DNA of 64,000 bases. Source: Macrostomum lignano. Its lineage: Eukaryota. This document shows positions 24,470 to 36,650 of the stretch, in pieces. The stretch lies in contig NIVC01000641.1 of the NCBI GenBank assembly GCA_002269645.1, positions 1 to 64,000 of the forward strand. Reading direction: 5' to 3'. How positions within the stretch are numbered: position 1 is the first letter of the stretch; each line of letters begins with the position of its first letter. The notes beneath the pieces are model-generated. The model did not search any database. It was given only the letters and a program-made list of their open reading frames with translations, and had not been told where the DNA came from. A program made the translations under genes and the position numbers.

Positions 24470-25651
24470 GTTGCAGCTGTGTCTGGGTCTTACTACATGT
24501 GTAGCATTTGCGAGCTTTAAGGTAAAGCATATGCTATATCTGATAGACTCTGCCTGTCTCCAGTTTTCTTTTAGTTGGGCCTATCAAACGAAAACTGCCT
24601 GTGACAAATGGTTCAGCCATGTCGTTTGCAGTCTTTTCCGCTCGGCAGGTCATTGTTGGTTCACAGAAGCAGAGATATGGCAAAACCAACCCATAGAATA
24701 GCGTCCGGGAGAGAAAAATAGGAGAGTGAGAGAATGAGATGGCGAATGAGAAGACTAATCTAAAAGAAAAAAATGTTTTGGAATTGGCTTAAGGAATAAC
24801 TTACTTTGTCGTCAGTTATGTTGACTTGCGTGGGAAGAAAGTTTTCTGTGACTTACTCAGTGACAAAATTTTAGCATGGTCACTTTTTGTGTCTTTTGAA
24901 CGAATTGAAACTCAATGAATCGATTAAAATACTATATGTAACTATAATTAGTCAAGGAAATTTTAGTCACGACTTGCATGGATCTAGACATAAAGATATA
25001 TTAAAATGATATGTATCTAAATGTCTGTAAACTGAAGGAAGAGCGCTGAGTGCATTTATAGTCTCTGCATGGTTTGATGCACAGGTTGAGGACTCGTTTC
25101 TTGACGAGAAAGTCTTTGCTGCAAACCAGAGAACAAAAATCAATCCTGAACTTGGCCAGTCCATGGACGTAGTTGGCTCAATTTACCCATTTATTACTTG
25201 CTTGAATAGGTAATTCGGCTGCGCAGGTATTGAATTAAACCCCTAGCTAGCTATTGAATTTCTCTGCACGAACAATCGTTTGAAAAGCACAGCGGCTAGA
25301 GAAGAGGACGGAGAGAGGACAGAAGAAGGAGAGAAAGGGAGAGACAGCCAGTCAATGTGAGCAATAAGGAGTAGCTATAGCTAGCTCAAGTGGTCGCTGC
25401 TTGCGACAGAATTGCTTTTGCCAGCTGAAGTGAAGCGTAGTATGCGCATTTACAGTGGCATTCATTGTTTCTTTGTATTCCTGCTCCAACTAGCAAAAGG
25501 TGAGGCTTTTTTCTACTCAAAAATATTTAAAATCACTAGCGTTATAGCAGCTTTTGCCTAATTAAACCAGTTTAATTGTCCTGACCTGTAACAATTCATT
25601 CAAAATACATTATCATCTGCTTCACTAAATCTGCCCAATCTAATATCAGCC

Positions 25652-26011
25652 ATGGCCAAGACAGTCAGCTACGATGAGGTGGTGAAGATGCTGAAGACCA
25701 ACAGCGGCCTTCTTCTGGACGTGCGCACCCAGGACGAGGTGAAGACCGATGGCCCCTATCCAAAGTACCTGCTGGTACCCCACAACGAAATCGCCGAGGC
25801 TATGCAGCTGACAGACGCGGAGTTCAAGTCGCGTTACCATGGCGACAAACCAAATCCGGATGACCCGATCGTCACAGCGTGTAAGTCCGGGAGGAGAGCC
25901 GGCCTGGCCGCGGAGGCCCTCACCAAGCTGAACTTTACCAACGTAAGCGTCTACAGCGGAAGCTTCAACGAATGGAAAGCCATGCAGAGCGACCCCAGCA
26001 AAGCATACTGA
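25652..26011 (+). CDS. Single-domain rhodanese / thiosulfate sulfurtransferase-like protein (TSTD1/TSTD3 type), 119 aa, intronless
   Basis: LLLDVRT motif, active-site loop CKSGRR, C-terminal signature YSGSFNEW. Confidence 0.93.
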   Translation: MAKTVSYDEVVKMLKTNSGLLLDVRTQDEVKTDGPYPKYLLVPHNEIAEAMQLTDAEFKSRYHGDKPNPDDPIVTACKSGRRAGLAAEALTKLNFTNVSVYSGSFNEWKAMQSDPSKAY

Positions 26012-26701
26012 ATTGCCTCCCTTTCTTACCCGATTTTTAACTCTCCGTGAGTGCATGCAACATTTGTTAGGGTGGATCTTATTTGTGTTTGCGATTTCTC
26101 TGCGTGTCCGTAGTTTTTATCTTTCCTGTTCAATTTTTCTGTTCTTTCCTGTTCAATTGTTCTTTCCTGTTCCTGTTCCTGTTTTGTCTCGATCGGATCC
26201 GTCTTTTTCTGTTCTTTTCTTACTAGTTCAAGCCCGAATCAGGGGCAAATAAAGATTTTGTTACAATTAACTGAGATTTAAACAAAAATCGAATGATGTC
26301 TGTATGCAATTCATTCTAGTTTAGGTTTGAAGACTGACGTGGTAAGTAAGTGGTAGTCTTTGTTTAGTCTACACAAAATGAGGAATGCAAAGTTTAAGAA
26401 TGGCTTGGGATGTCCATCGCCATCTTTTATCTAATTAAATATAAGTATCATTCAGCAATTTAAGCACAGAAAAAAAACTGTCTAATTCTTTGTCCAAAAA
26501 TCTACTTCAAGACATAGACAATTAGCATTGTACATCGTTTAGCTGGGCTGGCTATGCGCAGTATTGCTCAGCATAGCTCAGTTATTGACTTGAGCTTCTG
26601 TTCTTGACAAGTTGTGTCAACAATTACTCAGTTTTTATCGACTATTTCGAAAGTGGTACGATATTATAAAACTGAAGATAGATCGTTGATCAGACGTAGC
26701 C

Positions 26702-28348
26702 ATGGCCAGCAGACAGAGTAGTGTTTTACGGCCCGAACGGCTTTCTATGTGGAGCACCGGACTCGACCAGGAGTCGTTGTCTGGCGACATTGCTGTCGCG
26801 ACCAACCGATTAGAAAAACTGGCCAAGCGTGAAGAAACTTTCAAAGAGGTGTTCAGCGTCATGACTCAGCACTCGGACTTTAGCACCAAGTACGACGTCT
26901 CTGGTGAAAATCCGTTAATCTACGTGTACACCTCCCAGCCTGACGAGTATTCCTTCATCACAGAAGTGTTTCCCGTGGTGAAGGACAAGCCAACGAGGCT
27001 AGCTGAAAAGCAGGCCGAAGAGTTGACCTTTCATCAAGCCTTCGAAGAGGTCATTGAGCGTTACACCAACGAGCGCCGAAAGCCGAATCCTGTGCTGCAA
27101 GAGACGCGCTCCTCCGACTTTTGCTACCAGCTGATCCTGAAAATAGAAGCAATACCAGTCGGTAACGCCAGGTTTCCAGAGCCTTTCAAATTAGTGCGAG
27201 AGTTCAAGATTTTGCAGCACATCTGGGAGAACTACCGGACAGAGATGCTTGCGAGGAAAACTAGCCCTGACCAACTAGTGGGCTTTCCGATGCCTTTTGA
27301 GTTCAAGAATTTGATTGGCTCGTCGAATTATGACTTTCCTAAAATGGAGATTGATGGGTTTCACTACTACAACTTAAATGGGAAGTCAGATGGAATTTGC
27401 CGACATCCGATTAGCCCTGCAGGCTTCGGGACTGACGCCAAGAACATGATGTCTTCTTTTAGCTATTTATCGGTCGAGAAGACAGGACCAAGTGTTCCCT
27501 ATCTGATGCAACTAATGGTGAGACAAGGCAGAAAGTTCAGTCTGTCTACTGCACTCAAAATACTCGACCAGCTCATCAGTCGACTAATGATATTGCACAA
27601 GTACGGCGTAGTGCATTGTGACGTTAATCCGGGCTGTCTGAGCTTCGGCTGTCGCGAGGCAATGAATGTGCTGTACATAACCAGTTTTGACAAGGCCGTT
27701 CTAGGAACTCAACAAAGCAGTCCAATCCATCTGTTTCACGACAGATTTGTCGCTTACTCGCAAGTGAAGGATAAAAAATGTCACTACGTCTGCGACCTTG
27801 AATCGGCATTTTATGTTTTTGTCTACTGTCTGCTGAACCGGCTACCGTGGGACTCTCGGCTGCAGCTCGATAGCAAGTCCGTTAGTCAACCCTGCGACGT
27901 GATCGCGGAAAAGTCGCGCACAATTGACATGAAGGAGAAGTTCTGGTCGTCGAACGATTCAATTCACATGATCACTAAGCGAGTAACATACGAGTTCTCA
28001 GAAGGTCTCTACACAAATTTTTCTATAGACATACTTGAATCTCTTTTTGCTAAGATGAGGGAGAATATGGCCACCTGCATCAACATTCCGGTGACAAATT
28101 ACTTCAAGGAGATTTTCGTCCCCGGCAGTGCCCCCTACAACTGCTACTTTAGCATCCGCAAGATCATCGCCAGCTATTTTCGCTTCGAGATTCTAAACCA
28201 ATCGATGAAGGACGTCACCTGCGCTAGCAAGCTGGAGATGCTGACCAAGCAAGACAGGCACGACAAGCGGTGCGCCTGGGACTTGAGCTACTGGTGCTGG
28301 AACTTCCTAGATGCTGACCCGGACAAAAAGCGGTTGAGAGCGGCCTGA
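26702..28348 (+). CDS. Casein kinase 1-family (CK1/TTBK/VRK group) kinase-like protein, probable pseudokinase, 548 aa, intronless
   Basis: [10 protein letters not shown]...[36 protein letters not shown] aligns to CK1 ELLGPSLEDL...[55 protein letters not shown] aligns to [20 protein letters not shown]. DFG is replaced by SFD. Confidence 0.85.
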   Translation: [548 protein letters not shown]

Positions 28349-28966
28349 TGAAGGAGACTCGCAGCATTTAAGCTTATGGTGTTAAGTGTTTTTAATGGTA
28401 TAAACTGTTCGTCTCTAAGCCTCAGCTCTTTGGTTTCATTACGCTTCCATCAGCTATCGCTGTTGGATGCTTATTTTAGTCATTGTGTTGTTTGTGTTGA
28501 TTTTAAGAATTATTTTTCGGTCGCAAGCTGTATTCCGCGAGGTCTGTATAGCTTTTTGCAGCAGTGCGCACATTTACATGCTGGCGAGGAGCCTTCTAGA
28601 TACCCGTACTTAGAAAGATGTTCCATAATGCAGGTTTACAATCTGCTTTCTAAATATGAGAACAAAATAAATAAACTCTTCCCTGACTCAAGACAACAAA
28701 ATGTGCTGCAGTTAGTTGCAAGAAATTGGGCGTAAGCTCTTAATCTTAAATATTTTGGGTGCAATAAAGTGACTACGAGCATTGTTCAATGGGTTTTTTG
28801 CAAAAAATGTTTGCAGTAAGTTAGAGAAAAAATAATCTTGAGGCACTTGAAAATACGGCGCTTTTTATGTACAGCCAATAGGATTGAAAACACCAAAATG
28901 TCTGGTCAACTTCGATTTTTCGCTATTTATGCTGCACTTTAAATTTAGTAGCAGGGGCTCGATAAC

Positions 28967-30598
28967 TCAAGCATCATCGAATAGCTTTTCGGGCTCTATG
29001 TCCCTGTTGGTATTGGGCGCCTCGGGTCTCAGATACTCGACGTACTTCATGGCTTCAAAGCTGCCGGACTCAACGTCCTCCGGAGCATTCGTACGAATGA
29101 AGACCTTCATCCAGTCAGATGGCCCCAGCTTCATCTCCTTGGGTGGTCTTGACTTGTTCTCCTTCTCTTTCGGCATCTCGAACGCTTGAGCCAGTCTGAT
29201 TTCCTCATTGAGCACCTCGGCGGTGAATTGGCCCAACCTATTCATGCTGGACATGTAATTGGCTTTCTCTCTCTCTAGACGCTTATGCTGCTCATAGAGA
29301 GGCCGGTTACTTGGCTCTGTGGTCGGGAACTTGGGCGGCTGGAACTCTACCGGCTCGATGCCGCCTCCCTTGACCATTCTGTAGTGCGTGTACGGCTCGT
29401 GCAGCAGTTTCTTTGAAGCCTCTTCTCTGCGCTTGGCCCGAAGTCGGTTCTTCTCCACCTGTGTCAGTGGCGGCCTCTCAATTTGTGGCAGCGGTGGCGG
29501 CGGTGGCGGTGGCGGAGGTGGCGTTTGCTCACGCTTCAACTTCTCCTTTGGCTCAGAAATCGGTTTCGTTGGAGCTGGCTGCTGTTCCATCTGCTGTTTT
29601 GTAGTACTTTCCGGTTGCTGCTGTGAGGCAGGAGCTGCTTTCAAGCCGGTTGACTCACGAATGAAACTCTTACTGCGCGAACGCTCCAGCACTGTCATCA
29701 CATCGGAGCCCTGCCGCACCGCCTGCATCCCGCGTCTCTCGACCTCAACTACCTTGGACGTCATAGTAACAACTTCTTCCTGTGTTTCAATATCCTGTTT
29801 GGGCGGCTGCTCGTCAACTACATTTTGTATCTCCTCTCTGGTAGAATTCACCACTTCAGTCTCCTGTGCAGCTTCCATAGTCGCTGCCGCGATTGCCGAC
29901 AGGGCTGCATCGGTCTCTCTGGTAGTCGCGGCCTTGGCCTTCCGCTTCTTCACTGGCGGTAGTTTGATCTGATCCTCTTCTAGGCTGCCGAGCCGCTTCT
30001 CAAGCGCCTCCTCTTCGCGGAGTTTCTCCATCTGCTTCTCCAGCAACGCCAACTCCTTGGCACGCTGCTGCCTATCGCGCTCTCGCTGCACCTCAGCTCG
30101 AGCTTCCTCGCGGCGATAATTCATAAGTTCTCTGACTTGGCGCCGCCGGTCAACATGAAGCTGACGGAGCTGTCTGTAGGTTGCCCTCTGTGCATTGTTG
30201 ACTTTGTCCAGCTGGTAGCGTTCCTCGAAGAACCACTGTCTGAGCAGACGCTGAGTCTGCTTCTCCTCCGATTTGTTGTGCCCTACGACAGCCGGTTGCA
30301 GTTCGGAACTCCGAGTCGTCTTTCTGACGCGGCCCTCAGCCTCCCTCTGCTGGATTCGAGCCAGACTCAGCCGGTCCTCCTCTGTCAGCTCCACCTGACT
30401 CGGCGGTAGCACTGTCGGCTCTCTGACTGGTGGCTTTGGAGGAACCTGCATCTTGACAAACAGTGCCTCAATATCTGCCTCATTTAGGCCCCACTCGTTG
30501 CCGTCGACGGCTCCAGCTGGTGGCGGCGGCTGTGGAGGCACAGGAGGCGGCGGCACAGGAGGTGGAGCCGCTAGGGGCTGATGCTTCTGGCCGAGCAT
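28967..30598 (-). CDS. Hypothetical Pro-rich, Glu/Arg/Lys-rich coiled-coil protein, 543 aa from ATG 30598, intronless
   Basis: 1.6-kb non-repetitive open frame with GC-rich coding composition; two poly-Pro tracts and a long charged helical segment; no family recognised. Confidence 0.75.
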   Translation of the reverse strand: MLGQKHQPLAAPPPVPPPPVPPQPPPPAGAVDGNEWGLNEADIEALFVKMQVPPKPPVREPTVLPPSQVELTEEDRLSLARIQQREAEGRVRKTTRSSELQPAVVGHNKSEEKQTQRLLRQWFFEERYQLDKVNNAQRATYRQLRQLHVDRRRQVRELMNYRREEARAEVQRERDRQQRAKELALLEKQMEKLREEEALEKRLGSLEEDQIKLPPVKKRKAKAATTRETDAALSAIAAATMEAAQETEVVNSTREEIQNVVDEQPPKQDIETQEEVVTMTSKVVEVERRGMQAVRQGSDVMTVLERSRSKSFIRESTGLKAAPASQQQPESTTKQQMEQQPAPTKPISEPKEKLKREQTPPPPPPPPPPLPQIERPPLTQVEKNRLRAKRREEASKKLLHEPYTHYRMVKGGGIEPVEFQPPKFPTTEPSNRPLYEQHKRLEREKANYMSSMNRLGQFTAEVLNEEIRLAQAFEMPKEKENKSRPPKEMKLGPSDWMKVFIRTNAPEDVESGSFEAMKYVEYLRPEAPNTNRDIEPEKLFDDA

Positions 30599-32455
30599 TT
30601 CTGTTTCTGTGGCTGTCTGTGAATGTCTTTGTGGCCTATTTATCAACTGTTTCGGGTGCTTAAAAACTTTCAGTCCTTAGTACGCTGTGCGGCTTCAATG
30701 ATTCTTATATAGAGTATTAAAAGACCCGCCTAACCATTTTACTGTCATCTGTCGTACTGTTTAGGGTGGGCGGCTAGCGAAGTAGACAGCAAGGCTTAGT
30801 GATGGAAAGAGCCTGAAGAGAAAGGCGAAAAAACAACTGCCGCTGCACACTAGCCTGCCTGAGCTGTGTTTGCATATGATGGGTTGGTTTATTAGAAGGC
30901 AGTATAGAGACGTCTGGTCTATCTCACTCCTCAGTCCAGAGCGTTGCATAAGACGAAGAATCGTGACCAAAAAAGCAAGCAGTCTACAAGTGAAGTGTTT
31001 GAAAGTGGCACAAAATCAACTGATGTTTTGTTGATTTTGTATTTTTTCAAAGATCAGAAGCTCTCTCTGGTTTACGTACGTTGTTCATGGCTGAATTGTG
31101 CGTTTCCTAATACTGCATGCATAAGGCCGTATGAACCCATACTCTCACAGGTCGCTTACATTCATTGAAATAGTTGCACTTATACTGCTTATAGCTAAGC
31201 AACTACTCTGGATTTTTATGTGCCAATTTAGCTCTCTGTCGCTGAATACATGTATAATATGCCAAAATCGACGTTCTAGTAATTTCAAAATTTCGTGGTA
31301 TTTTGCTAGCACGTGTATGCCTACATGTACCTACACGGTTCGCTGTAGGCCAGCCGTTTGCGCGGGTGACACAATTTTATATATATTTTTGTTCACGTAG
31401 CAGAGCAAATTAAAAGTGTACCAGTTTATGGTCGCACAAAAAACAAGCTGCAAAAATATTTGGTGGCCCAACTATACTAAAGTCTTCCTTGATTGAGCGG
31501 TGCAGACTTTCCTAGCAAAGCTATTTCGCAAACATACCGAAAATGCACATGCTGCCATCCCGCTAGGGCTCATGCTGTAGCTGGATCAAAAAAAGTTAAA
31601 ACGTGGTCTTTAGTTTTTTTTCGCTAAAACCTGCCAGTGGCCCAGATTCGATTTCAAATACAGTCATATTAATTTGGAGCTATAAAGTTGGAATCTCGAG
31701 TTTGGGTCTGCTCGTGCAGTAATGCCGTTATGAGGGCCAACCCTAAGGTACATGTCTACATTTAGTGAGAAGTGTAAATGCCTAACGATAAAGTTAGGGC
31801 CGCTGTACAAGCTCCCGTGTGAGTGTCCCGTGCAACAAATTTGCGCAACGCATTCGATCGTTAAAGTTGGTGAATTTCGTTTCAGCAGTAAATTAAAAAC
31901 ATACACAATCCCGATAGTGTTTGCATAATTACTGAGCACGTAAGGTGATTTATTGATCGCTGTGAATAGTCAGAAGCCGGTAATTATTCGTTTATAAACG
32001 TTAAATTTCATAAAATTTCTGCACGGGTGTGTGCATGGACGATGCAGTATAATACGTATGACTGCGTATACGTTTACCGCTTCCATGCCTGCTCATGCAG
32101 GGATCGCCGGCGGAATAATGGGCAGCAGTTATGCGGTTGTGTGACATGTCGCTTAAAGTGCGCTATGAGGCACACAGCCCGCTGCCTCCAAAAATCTCCG
32201 TAAGTGTATTTTCCGTAAGTGTAGTGTGTAACGTGTAAACCATGCAAACCCCAAGATATTTTTTAGGAAACAAAATAAGTTTCTTTGTTTCTACCAAGTC
32301 TTCCTTTGTGTAACCATTGTGTTGATACTAATACTAAGATCCTGCGTTTACCTATGTTGGAAACGCAATGAGGAATTAAAAGTACCTGTACGAACAAGTG
32401 CAAATGATACAAGACTGCCAAATAACCCAAATCTTTTAGACTTCACTTCAGGGTA

Positions 32456-33774
32456 CGAGGGGTGATCAAAAAGTTCTGCAAGTGACCTCACAACTCTGTG
32501 CTACAGCAGCCGAGGCGTCTAATCAGTGTCACATTCCCTTAAAGTAGTTTCCACCACTATCTATGCACCGTCGCATCCGTGTGCACCATGTCTGAAAGCA
32601 GTCATGGTACTCCAAAGTTGGTATACCCTGTAGAGCTGAATTTACCGCTTGGGCAAAGTCTTGCATGCGTGAAAACGGCCTCCCAGAAATGACGGATTTG
32701 ATCCTCGGGAACAGCCAAAAGTCGGAAGGTGCTAGGTCTAGAGAGTAGGGTGAATGGGGCAGCAGCTGGACCCCCTGCTCCTCCAGGTACGCCATGGTTG
32801 AGGCCGCTCTGTGCGGTGCCGCATTGTCATGGTGCAGCAGGAGTCGAGGTCCATGCTTGGTTCGCGCACGTTCCTGCCGCTCCTGCAGCACGCCTGGCAG
32901 AACAGTGTCTGTGTAGTACCTGGCAGTCACTGTGGCACCCGCTGGAAGGATGTTCACCGATACAACACCCTGAGAGTTGAAAAAAATGGTGAACATCCGC
33001 TTCCGACTGCGGAATCCGGTCTTCAGCACCTCAGGCCTTGGCTCATCTTCTGCCAGCCAGACCATGTTGGACTGCTTATCCCTCATGGTAAAGAAGGAGA
33101 TACAACATTTATCTCCTGTGATGACATCTGACAGTTGTCGTGGGCCGTGGGGCTCAAACATTTGCAGCCACAAGCGACAGATGCGCACCCTCTCTGCTTG
33201 CTGCTCCGGAGTGAGAAGATGGGGTACCCACCGAGCGCAGGTCTTTGTGCGGCCTAGTTGCTCATGCATGATGTTATGAGCACTTCCATAGCTGACACCA
33301 AGCTCATAGGCAATGAATCTTAGCAAAAAGCTCCAATCCTCATGAATTATTGCATCGGCATGGGCCACGACATCTTCGGTCACGGATGTCCGGGGTCGGC
33401 CAGACCTTGGTTCATCGTTGAAGCTGTCCCAGCCTTCCAAGAAATGGCGCAGCCAGCAGGCAACCGTGTCAAATGATGGAGCAGAGTCAGCTAAAACATT
33501 CACAAAACATGGTGTGAATCTCTGTCACTTTGCAACCAAGTTGCATGCACATAAAGATATAGAAGCGAACACTGTCTTTTGATGTTTCCATCAGCTACTG
33601 AAAACACATGGAAAATATATGGCTGTGAAATTTTAATGGAGCACATTTGGAAGCCAAAAATGCATATAAATATAGCAAACAGATATAGCCGCATATGTGT
33701 AAGTTTTTGGCTTTTGCTGATTCTATAACTAAAAGCTATAACAAAAGGTTGCAGAACTTTTTGATCACCCCTCG
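32456..33774 (-). mobile_element. Full-length mariner (Tc1/mariner, DD34D) DNA transposon, 1319 bp
   Basis: Perfect 26-bp TIRs CGAGGGGTGATCAAAAAGTTCTGCAA (32456-32481) and its reverse complement (33749-33774), flanked by TA at 32454-55 and 33775-76. Confidence 0.97.
32529..33591 (-). pseudogene. Mariner transposase with one +1 T frameshift at about 33505
   Basis: ATG 33591 gives METSKDSVRFYIFMCMQLGCKVTEIHTMF. Removing one T joins it to VNVLADSAPS...RSGRP...WVPHLLT...TGD...HHDNAAPH-(34 aa)-YSLDLAPSDFWLF, a 353-aa protein. Confidence 0.92.
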
Positions 33775-34299
33775 TACACCACAAAGTCCATCCGATCGAT
33801 AAATAAACGATCCAAAACTGGTATTTTCTATTCCAGTTAGAGCTAAGTGATTTAAAAGCAATGAAGCTTGTGCATGACAGTTTAGCTTGATAAGTAAATC
33901 CTCGTAATTTTTGTTATTTCTTCGCCTCGACATTTTTAATCAATCACCTTTTCCTGGAACAAGTCACTTTAAAGTACAACATTGCAGCAAAAGTCGCACC
34001 ACTTTATTTTCATTTAACATGCTTCACATTCACAGCTAGAGCATAACTATAAAAAAACCTTTTAACGTTTTTTGTTGGTACTTGTTTGTTCTTTAAGTAT
34101 CATCACTTATTTCCATTATAGGCCCTAGCCACTCACTATTATTTATGATACAAATTGGTGACCCTTGGTCCCTTGGAGGCTGTGCCTGACTTTGACTTGA
34201 GTTAGGGCGTTAGGCTAGGCCTGGCCTGGGCATACTAACATTAACAAGGAGGGGACGACTTAAGTAGGAGGAAGGACTGGAAACTTTTCGTTTCTCAGA

Positions 34300-36650
34300 A
34301 ACCTTTAAGACTGTTTGGCTTAAAATTATGCTAATTAGCTAGATGTCTACAAATATTTAATGCTATAATATTAATAGATATATATGTTTTTTTGCAACTG
34401 AGATAGAATTTTTTAATTTAATATAAAAACTGCTTTTTTGTTTCATTGATTTTTAAGATTTATCTAAGACTAGGCCTACTAAGCCATAATTGATAAAATT
34501 TTTATAAAAATTTATAATTTTAATCTTGTATTAAAAAAATTATCAATGAAATTTATCAAATTTAAGTCATAATTTTATTTAATATTTAAAATTAACGAAT
34601 CATTTTAATAGAGATAAGGCTATAATCATATATGTTGATAATTTATGACTTTATAAATGTTTTTTTAACTTTTTTGAACTAAGTCTAAAATAGATTTTTA
34701 GTTCAAAATAATTTTATTGCTTTATTACCAAAATAGATTATCAAAAAACTTGCCCCCAATTTTTAATTTCTTGCTATATTCTATTTAGTGTTCTGCTATC
34801 ATTATAGGCCTATTACAGTTATTGTTATAGTAAATTATAAGAGCAGCACTTTTGCAACTATATTTTCATTACCAATTATAGCTAGGTCTATGGAAATTTT
34901 TAGCTTATGGCTACAGTTACAAATTACAGTAAATTTCTAAACTTTGCCATAATGGTTATCCAAAATGAAAATTATTGGCATCAAATATAAAAATTAAAAA
35001 GTGAAAAAACAAAAAATGTTGACTAGTATATAAAGTAAACTGTTCAATCTTTACTAATCTTTTAAATTAAAATATTTGTTAAATATACATATAGGGAACT
35101 AGGGAACTAACATTTTCTATAAAACTTCAAAAATGTTTCATTTGCTTGTCTATTTGTCTTGCATGTTTTTGCTATATTTATGCTTTTGTTACTATGCTAA
35201 TTTAATCTATTCTATCTTGGTTTTTTATATATATATTCTACAATTTTTTATACAAAATAGCCATTTTTGTTATATTATGGCTATGGTTATAGCAAATTAT
35301 AGTTATGGACATTTTTAGCCCTATAATGATGGGAAAATTTGGCTAGACCTATAGAAGTTGCTTATTTCTTATGGCTATGGTTACAGTTATGGCAATCAAA
35401 ACTTGTAGCAGTGAAACATAAAATATATATATATAATGCTATCTATACATATTGGCCTATAGCAATGGCATTTAGAAGTGGCATTTATAGGTCATTAGGG
35501 GTCAAGGGTTAATAAAGTAGAAAGCAATGCCTTCTTGCTATATCTAGATACTTTGAATCCTTTATAGCTAAATTAAGTAAATCAAATAAGTGGTTGAAAG
35601 AAAGACTAAAGTTAAGATGAATCTTTTCATTTTCAATGCAAATGCAAGGGGTATATAGAAGTTCTTAAGTCTGAGGTCAAAGACTTAAGCAGCAAATATT
35701 TTCAATGCCATTTAGATAGATTTTGTAGTTAGGGTGATAGGGGCTAAAACTCAGATAAATGTGATGCTTGCCGTTTTCTTATATAATAAATAAATGAGAA
35801 TTGTTAACTAGTCAGAGGTTAAACTAATATAATCACTCTTTACTTTTCTCTTTATTATTGGCCTCGTAAATCATAAAAAAATTGTTGCCATTACATTTGG
35901 CATTGTAAAAAGTTACAAAAAATTAATTAGCTATAAATATAAAATTTTGGTTATAGAATACAGTGAAGTTCTAATTTAAGGTATGCCTTTGTTTTTAAAT
36001 TCAATATTTGAAGTAATCACTTTTCCTCTGAGAATAAGTAATGAAAAATATCAACTCTAATATGCCAATACCAGCCAACATAGTTGATCTAACTTGTATA
36101 AATTGTGGTAGACCAAAGGATTAAAAGGCAAATTTGTTGACTTTTTGACAAAGCACAATAAGTTGACAATTTTAATTTGTTTTTGATATTCTGAAAAACT
36201 AAGTTGCCAGGCTAGTATAAGTTTAGAGGTTGCATATATAAACTCAAGAAAGCTTGGTATGAACAGATATTGGGGCAAATATAGTTTGTAAAGAAGAAAA
36301 GGACAAATTCAATGATGGAAATTCCAAAATCTAAGACCAAAAACTAACAAAACTAAATAGTATTGCTTACTTTTAGTTATTTATTATATATTGCAAATCA
36401 CACAATGTCATTATTATTACAACTTATCAAATCTAAATGTGCCATGCAATATGTTTCAGCTGGCGTAGTTTTCATAATCTGCAAAAAATTCCATAGTATT
36501 TTCATACTACTCATTTCCAAATTGTTTATATGAATTAGCCTACTTCCTAGAATAAAACTGACATGTTTTTAATTGATGTTATCATTCTTAGCCAAGAAAG
36601 CTTAGAATCTTAATAAATTAAAATTGAGTTTTATCTATCTAGCTAGCTAG
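34300..36650. other. Very AT-rich, non-coding low-complexity island upstream of GRAMD1
   Basis: Long A/T runs and recurring CTATAG/GGCTAT/AGGCCT words; no credible ORF. Confidence 0.6.
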
